41,836 bases of DNA from assembly GCA_002269645.1 (NCBI GenBank), contig NIVC01002251.1:1-41836 (forward strand), in the 5' to 3' direction. The stretch comes from Macrostomum lignano. Taxonomy: Eukaryota. The translations under genes were made by a program, and so were the position numbers. Below are positions 34,830 through 41,836 of this stretch, piece after piece; positions within the stretch are counted from its first letter, which is position 1, and every line of letters begins with the position of its first letter. The notes under the pieces are model-generated. The model was not told where the DNA came from, searched no databases, and saw only the letters and a program-made list of their open reading frames with translations.

Positions 34830-35435
34830 AGTCGGCTCGAAGGCCATGATAAAAGTTGGTGGGCTACCCTCGAAGGGGCGCGGTACCCACCCGGTCGCTC
34901 CACCTGACCGGGCAGTAGGCCAAAAGAACCCTCAAGGCTGGCCCGACACCAAGAGGGGGACCGCTTGCGACCGGACTACTCCCCGGCCTTCCAGCCCATC
35001 GGCACGGTCGAACACCTTAGGCATTAGAGGGTACGTTGAGCAGTACCACGGTCTGCGGACTGGCGAACCAAACCCGCATACCCAAGTTCGGCAAAAGCCA
35101 CTGGATGGGTCCCCAGCGCCGGAGCCCAGTCAGTCCGGCAGCCCTAGGGTCTGCCTTGAACACTCGCGGGGACGGGTACCCCTGGGTCGGCTTGCAAAAC
35201 AGCGTGGGGGGGGGTCTGCGGCTGCCAGCGGCAAATAGAGGGTGCAGACCTCCCACCAGCCTTTACCTACTGAAGATAGGGGCAGGCGTGGAGCATCGCA
35301 GACCTTAGCCCATAGGCCTGGTCTGTCTCATACTTCACTGGCATGCTGAATACGCCCGAGCGAGCATAAAAAAGATTTAAATGTTATTACTTTGATTTGT
35401 AGTAACTATTTTCATCGTGCATTTTTAACTGCCAG

Positions 35436-35563
35436 GTAAGACCACTTTCCTTGCCGCTCTGGTGGCGGCGCTCGTTCACCTGGGCGCCAGGGTTCTCGTA
35501 TCGGCCTACACACATAGCGCTGTTGACAACATTCTGGTTAAGATTGCCGACACCTATCCGCAG
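35436..35563 (+). CDS. DNA2: DNA2 exon 12 (Walker A second half, motif Ia)
   Basis: (G)KTT...VLVSAYTHSAVDNILVK. Confidence 0.96.
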
Positions 35564-35636
35564 GTTTATTAATTTGCTTTTGTGTCCTATTTTGGTTTGG
35601 AATTTTGTTTCCGCCTTTCTTGATAATCTGTTGCTT

Positions 35637-36046
35637 TTCCTGACACCCACCGCCGCTCCTAACACCCACCCCCTCTCCTGACACCCACCGCTGCTCCTGA
35701 CATCCACTGACACTCCTGACACCCACCGCTGCTCCTGACATCCACTGAAACTCCTGACATCCACTGACACTCCTGACATCCACTGACACTCCTGACATCC
35801 ACTGAAACTCCTGACATCCACTGACACTCCTGACATCCACTGACACTCCTGACATCCACTGACACTCCTGACACCCACCTAAGCTACTGACATTCACTGA
35901 CACCCAGCAACAAAACACCTGACACTCCTGACACCCACCTAAGCTACTGACATCCACTGACACCCAGCAACAAAACACCTGACACTCCTGACACCCACCT
36001 AAGCTACTGACATCCACTGACACCCAGCAACAAAACACCTGACACT
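35637..36046. repeat. 19-nt and ~59-nt compound repeat, DNA2 intron 12
   Basis: CTGACATCCACTGACACTC. Confidence 0.9.
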
Positions 36047-36076
36047 GCATTCATTCCTGACGCCGCGGCCCCGCAG

Positions 36077-36319
36077 GTCGGGCTGCTCCGCATCGGCCAG
36101 GAGGCCCGAGTGCACCCTCGAATCCGGTCTCGCTGCCTTGCCTCCGAGCTGCAGTCGCTCCAGCAGCAGCAGCGCGAAGGAAGCTCTGGCGCCACCTCCG
36201 CTGGCGTGCGCGCCTTGGTTGAGTCGCGGCCAGTCGTCGGCTGCACCTGCTTAGGGGCGCTGGACCCCTGCCTGGCCCGCTGCCAGTTCGACTTCGCTCT
36301 CATTGATGAGGCCGGGCAG
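36077..36319 (+). CDS. DNA2: DNA2 exon 13 (Walker B)
   Basis: LLRIG...VHP...VVGCTCLG...FDFALIDEAGQ. Confidence 0.96.
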
Positions 36320-36423
36320 GTACATTCCGGCTCTTGCTCTGTGGGCTGTGTCCTACAGTGGTAAACTCAAATCCCACATTTAAAATCCCGCCTGAATCCC
36401 CACTAACCGATTCCTTATCGTTA

Positions 36424-36580
36424 ATCCTCTCTGACAGATCCTTAGCCCTCTCTGACAGATCATTAAGCCTCTAACAGATTTTAAATCCTCTCGGACAGAT
36501 CCTTAAGCCCCTCTGACAGATCCTTAAGCCCCTCTGACAGATCCTTAAGCCTCTCTGACAGATCCTTAGTCCCTACTGAC
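36424..36580. repeat. ~22-nt repeat, DNA2 intron 13
   Basis: CTCTGACAGATCCTTAAGCC. Confidence 0.85.
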
Positions 36581-36638
36581 AGAAGACTCAAAATCCCATT
36601 ACCCTAACTCCAAAGCATCTGACCCTCGTGAAATCAAG

Positions 36639-37043
36639 GCGCCTCTCCCAGCCTGTCTCGGGCCGCTTCTCCGCCTGTCGGGCAGCGGCGGCCGCTTCCT
36701 GCTGGTCGGCGACCCGCACCAGCTGCCCCCCATGGTGCTGAGTCGGCGCGCCGCCTCCCTGGGCCTCGGCCGCAGCCTGCTCTGCCGCCTGCTCAACAGG
36801 GAGGCCGTCACAGCCAGGGTGACGTTCGCCCTCACCGAGCAGTACCGAATGAACTCCTATCTGCTGCAGCTGCCCAACCAGCTGCTGTACAATGGGGAGC
36901 TCACGGCTCACGAGTCCGTCTCCCAACTCACTCTGCCGGCTGTGACTCTCCCACCTCGGCTGCGAGACCCTCTTGCCTGTCTGGCTGCCGTCTGGTCCGA
37001 CAGGCTTGAGCACTCTCTGGTCTTTGTCAGCACCGAGCGCATT
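36639..37043 (+). CDS. DNA2: DNA2 exon 14
   Basis: CLGPL...FLLVGDPHQLPPMV...SLLCRL...LTEQYRMN...LYNGEL; donor GTGAGT; acceptor TCAAG| is weaker. Confidence 0.93.
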
Positions 37044-37082
37044 GTGAGTGCCGTCTTTATCCGTTTGTGGTTGCTGAAGTCT

Positions 37083-37277
37083 ATAGCTTCGATCGATGTA
37101 ATGCAGCATTGTCACTCTCCAATTCAGCAGTGTCACTCTCCAATTCAGCATTGTCACTTTCCAATTCAGCATTGTCACTCTCCAATTCAGCATTGTCACT
37201 CTCCAACTCAGCAGTGTCACTCTCCAATTCAGCAGTGTCACTCTCTAATTCAGCATTGTCACTCTCCAATTCAGCAA
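37083..37277. repeat. 21-nt repeat, DNA2 intron 14
   Basis: CAGCATTGTCACTCTCCAATT. Confidence 0.9.
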
Positions 37278-37359
37278 GGTTACTCTAGTGCAACATAGCC
37301 AGTCTCCATTGTCACTCCCATCCTCACTCATGCTGTCTATGGTCTAATCCCTTTCGCAG

Positions 37360-37887
37360 GATTCGGTCCAGGCGGAGTCATGCGGCCGCCGCAGCAGCCT
37401 CGCGGGCCAAGCATCGGGGTCTTCGAGCCTCGCCAACCCGCTGGAGGCGTCGCTGGCCGTCAGTCTCCTCCGCCTGCTCTGCCCCGCCGCCGCGGCACCG
37501 GCAGACGTCGGCCTGATGTCGCCCTACCGCGATCAGGTCGCGCTGCTCCGACGCCGCCTTAGCGCCGAGTCCGGCTCGCAGTTGACTGGCGTTGAGGCCA
37601 GCACAATCGACCAGTTCCAGGGTCGGGACAAGAGCCTCATCTTGCTGTCCATGGCTCGCCGAGAAGCCGGCGCAGCCTCCGCCAGCTCCATCCTGAGCGA
37701 TCCGCGCCGATTTAACGTGGCGGTGACGCGGGCAAAGCGCAAGCTGATCGTGATCGGACACGCTGCCGGGCTGGGCGGCTTGCCTACAATTGATGCCCTG
37801 CTGAAGCTGCTCCCAGCCGAGTGTATGGTGCGGCTGACTGACCGGGAATTTGACGTCCTGACCGCTGCGGAGATGACTGAGTGTTGA
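37360..37887 (+). CDS. DNA2: DNA2 last exon
   Basis: NPLEA...GLMSPYRDQV...STIDQFQGRDKSLILLS...RRFNVAVTRAKRKLIVIG (SF1 motifs V/VI); TGA at 37885-37887. Confidence 0.96.
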   Translation, partial: DSVQAESCGRRSSLAGQASGSSSLANPLEASLAVSLLRLLCPAAAAPADVGLMSPYRDQVALLRRRLSAESGSQLTGVEASTIDQFQGRDKSLILLSMARREAGAASASSILSDPRRFNVAVTRAKRKLIVIGHAAGLGGLPTIDALLKLLPAECMVRLTDREFDVLTAAEMTEC

Positions 37888-37981
37888 TCCCGCAAGTGCT
37901 GGTCAGTTAGACAGTCGAGGCAGTTGTTGAGATTTTCCTTCTAGAACTTTCCAGTGATGCGAGCTAATATACCGTGAATTC

Positions 37982-39148
37982 TTTTGGGCCATTTTGTCAC
38001 GTGACCATAGACGGCAGTTAACTTTGTATTGAAGTTTGGCTACTTTGTCACGTGACCATAGACAGCAGTTAACTTTGTATTGAAGTCGGGCCACTTTGTC
38101 ACGTGACCATAGACAGCAGTTAACTTTGTATTGAAGTTGGGCCATTTTGTCACGTGACCATAGACAGCAGTTAACTTTGTATTGAAGTTTGGCTACTTTG
38201 TCACGTGACCATAGACAGCAGTTAACTTTGTATTGAAGTTGGGCCATTTTGTCACGTGACCATAGACAGCAGTTAACTTTGTATTGAAGTTTGGCTACTT
38301 TGTCACGTGACCATAGACAGCAGTTAACTTTGTATTGAAGTTGGGCCATTTTGTCACGTGACCATAGACGGCAGTTAACTTTGTATTGAAGTTTGGCTAC
38401 TTTGTCACGTGACCATAGACAGCAGTTAACTTTGTATTGAAGTCGGGCCACTTTGTCACGTGACCATAGACAGCAGTTAACTTTGTATTGAAGTCGGGCC
38501 ACTTTGTCACGTGACCATAGACAGCAGTTAACTTTGTATTGAAGTTGGGCCATTTTGTCACGTGACCATAGACAGCAGTTAACTTTGTATTGAAGTTTGG
38601 CTACTTTGTCACGTGACCATAGACAGCAGTTAACTTTGTATTGAAGTTGGGCCATTTTGTCACGTGACCATAGACGGCAGTTAACTTTGTATTGAAGTTT
38701 GGCTACTTTGTCACGTGACCATAGACAGCAGTTAACTTTGTATTGAAGTCGGGCCACTTTGTCACGTGACCATAGACAGCAGTTAACTTTGTATTGAAGT
38801 TGGGCCATTTTGTCACGTGACCATAGACAGCAGTTAACTTTGTATTTAAGTTTGGCTACTTTGTCACGTGACCATAGACAGCAGTTAACTTTGTATTGAA
38901 GTTGGGCCATTTTGTCACGTGACCATAGACGGCAGTTAACTTTGTATTGAAGTTTGGCTACTTTGTCACGTGACCATAGACAGCAGTTAACTTTGTATTG
39001 AAGTCGGGCCACTTTGTCACGTGACCATAGACAGCAGTTAACTTTGTATTGAAGTCGGGCCACTTTGTCACGTGACCATAGACAGCAGTTAACTTTGTAT
39101 TTAAGTTTGGCTACTTTGTCACGTGATCATAGACATAGCAGTTAACTT
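37982..39148. repeat. 51-nt minisatellite (23 cores) just 3' of DNA2
   Basis: GTCACGTGACCATAGACAGCAGTTAACTTTGTATTGAAGT plus one of 3 variants of a 10-nt segment. Confidence 0.97.
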
Positions 39149-41836
39149 TTTATGTACTGATTTTTTTATGCTTCAAAGGCCAATCCCACTTTATAACTTT
39201 GTTTAAAATAATTTTAACTGATGCATTTGAAGTCCGACCCGATTATGGCTTTTAATACAGTTTTACTACAGTGTCTATTTATTTGATTGCTTGCTTGCTG
39301 CGCGGTGCAGCCACCAGTTTACACGAATTTGCTGCTTTTTACTTTTGCAATAATAATACAGCTGACGATAAATAATTTTTATGTTCTTAATTAGTATTTA
39401 TAACCCTCTTACACTTACTTGTTTGTCGATTTGTCTTCTGTAAATTAAATGCTTTTTTGAAGTAGTTTGACACTTATGTAATGGATAGTGCGCGTAAGAA
39501 TGCAGGTCATGTGATGACGGCTATTAATGTTATTAATAGTTCATATATGAGTTGTGGTAAAGTGCCTGCGGATTATGATAAATAGACCCCGGATTATGAT
39601 ATTAGACTCCAGATTTTGCTAATTAAGCTGTGGATTATGGAGCCAGCCAGTGGATTATTGCACTGAACCAGTGGATTGTGAACTATAAAGAAAAGCCAAT
39701 GTGATTTGAGAACAACGCCAAATCAATTGGATTGATGAATGCGTGGGCTGTTTCACACTCGGAAACAATCAAAGCAGGATTATGCAGAATTCCGCATGAG
39801 CAGAAAGCCCTTCTCGGCTGTCCTCGCAGCTGATGCCGTGCTGGCAGCCTAACAGCTGTCTAAGGCGCTGCCGTACACTGCTGCAGATCAGGCTAAGGGA
39901 ACAAATCAATGGGATTTAAGCGCCCTGGGATGGGGAACAAGTGAGCCAAAAATGCATTGGATTATCATTTTCGCCCTGTTTGGCGGATTCAGGCCGGCCC
40001 CACCCCTACGAGGGTTGCTGCAGGCTGCACACGCAAGCCTTGCGGATAACGAGCTGTTGCCTGCCTGTGTAGACAGATTTCAAGGCAAGAGATTGCTGGC
40101 TTGATCAATACAGATTTTTGTTTTTAAAAAGCGATCCTCAGCTGCTGCTGTGCCTGGATTTGAGAGCGGCATTAATCTGAGCTGAGCATTCTCGGTGCGA
40201 GCTCTGCAGACTCAAACCTTTGATTGTAACTCAATCTGGAATTAATCTAGCGAGTTGGAAATAAGCGCTTCGTCAGGTTTAATACCTTCTGGTTTTTCAA
40301 ACCGGTAGGTAGGTATAGCTCTAGCTTTAGTTCCTCTGGCCTTTTTATTTGTATACCATTTCGGCTTAGTTTTCGACTGTTCTAGGGCCCTAGCAGAGCG
40401 AGTGGAAGGAGAGATTGAGGCGGGCCTTATTAACTAAGCGGCCCGGGTTAAGTCGCTGTGAGCCTGCGATTGTGTGCCGGCGGCTGTGCGACTCTAATAG
40501 GAAGAGTAGACGGCCGGAGAGCTTGGCCTGGCTTGACCCCCCCCCCCCATTGAATTAAAGCTGCGCCACGCCCCAGTGGAATCAGCCAGCGCCCGGCTTA
40601 ACCCCTGCCCAGCAAACCCTCCAGTGTACAAAGCCACAGTGAGGGGTCTGCGCCTCCGCCGGCCGGCCCGCCATAAACCCACCACCCCACTCTCTCCCCG
40701 GGACTCTTAATCAATAATCTCTGGCTTTCGCTCGGGAGTGAAGCCGCCCACCCCCTCCGCGCGCGCCCGCAAGAATTCCAGCAGAGTAAAGCCTTGTTCG
40801 CTAAGCGTCTTACCTTTTTTCAATTCTCTTCCTCTCCGGCTTTTCTCTTCAGAGCTCGCGCCACTGAGCTTGCTCAGCCGCCACCCGCCTCACCGCAAAT
40901 TCTTCGTGCAAAGCCGGGGTTTGTGGGACCCCCTAATCTGGGCGCACTAAACTTGCTAACACGCGGTCCAAGGAGGCTTCTGGACTCAATGCTAATTAAA
41001 GCCGTCTCCCCCATTTCACCCAAACTCTCCGGCCTGGCTAGATAAGATACACAGTGGGGCTGGGAGTGGCGGCTCAACTTTAGCTCAGCTCTCGGCTCCG
41101 TCTAGTCCGTAATAAGCCCTCCTTCCGCCGTGCGCCAAAAAGCAAAACGATCGGGAATTGCGGAATTGCGCATTTGGCTTTCTATAAAAAATAATCGTTG
41201 GATCGATAGTAAAATAATTTGTGCTCGCTGGCCGAGGAGTTCCATCCGCGACGTCTCCCGGAGCTTCGGGTCAAATTCAGCCATTTGTTGCATCTAAAAT
41301 GGCAGCTATGTCAGGTACGTACGCCAGTGATGAAGGCTAACCAAGCTCGTACAGTACAAGTATGAATTTGAGCTATCTTCGCTTAAAGCAACGCATACTC
41401 ATGTTAAGACAAGAGGCGATGCTATTAGGTTAAGCATGTACCATTTGCCTGTTTATAGATTTATTTTAGTGTAGATTCTAGTTTTACTTTTAGATCATAG
41501 GCGGGCGTGCGTGCATCAGTTTATTTTAACGTAATGCATTAATAAGGGGTAGGCAAGGATTAGGTAGGGATATTAATTGAGAAGATTTAATATTTTTATT
41601 TACTTATTAAAATATACTATAGTTGTCTTTGTCATACTACTAACAAAATCAATGATCAGTAGCAAGTAGCGGCATTAGAAATATAGATTTAAACAACTGT
41701 CAAAACCCCACCGGCCGTCTCGCAGACTCGGTGAGCATGGACTGCGCTGCCTGATCGAGCACCGGCCGCCAAGTCAGAATCCGATGACGCGACAAGCACC
41801 GGCGGCGGCTACGGCAAGAACAGCGCCTTCCGCTTC

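Larger units (their letters stand above)
30561..35362 (-). mobile_element. Non-LTR retrotransposon (APE-RT-RNase H; LOA/R1/I-type), full 5' end but internally deleted, antisense in DNA2 intron 11
   Basis: ORF1, APE (QINLQH, IQEPW, GGDLNAHH), RT N-part (KSPGPDGI, FRPISL), RNase H and CCHC-like tail; 3' tail TAAGCAAGTAAGTAA; probable 5-bp TSD AGCAT at 30556-30560 and 35363-35367. Confidence 0.93.

Noticed and set aside
31069-34903. Plus-strand and alternative-frame ORFs over the LINE and GC-rich exons
   Set aside because: Shadow ORFs of GC-rich coding sequence; motifs are found only in the annotated frames.
34850-35362. Expected HDV-like ribozyme in the LINE 5' UTR
   Set aside because: Partial pairings exist (GGGCGT/ACGCCT; CAGACC/GGTCTG after GCTAA), but I could not assemble a consistent P1-P2-P3-P1.1-P4 topology by eye; needs a descriptor search.
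37903-39063. 386-aa ORF of 17-aa repeats, and a CRISPR-like appearance of the array
   Set aside because: The ORF is a by-product of a stop-free 51-nt unit. The variable segments are only 10 nt, drawn from three related variants, with no cas genes and a eukaryotic context.

Overview
Eukaryotic genomic DNA. GC-rich exons, minisatellite-filled introns, AT-rich transposon debris and a flatworm spliced-leader (SL)-like sequence point to a free-living flatworm such as Macrostomum (inference). There are two divergently oriented, intact spliced genes. A Na,K-ATPase beta subunit lies on the minus strand (4 exons, 7849->539, 315 aa). A DNA2 nuclease/helicase lies on the plus strand (15 exons, 23000->37887, 1211 codons plus an initiator not found in cis), with Fe-S cysteines, PD-(D/E)XK, Walker A and DEAGQ motifs all present. 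The ~15 kb between them holds nested transposon remnants: a Penelope-like element with a long inverted 3' copy, MITEs, mariner remnants, LINE remnants and a tRNA-like head. An internally deleted 4.8-kb APE-RT-RNaseH LINE sits antisense in the DNA2 intron that splits Walker A. Highlights: (1) a 1.3-kb insertion with a perfect 12-bp TSD, an SL-RNA-like 5' head and a 3' end resembling the LINE 3' end (candidate SL-headed SINE); (2) DNA2 has no start codon in cis but a phase-0 first acceptor, so the SL 3'-terminal AUG could supply its Met; (3) seven minimal Penelope-type hammerhead motifs, including an intact sense-strand one in an ATPase intron, with several copies inactivated at CpG sites; (4) almost every longer intron carries its own minisatellite, many sharing a GATCCC core. 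All coordinates and folds were read by eye; no searches were run.
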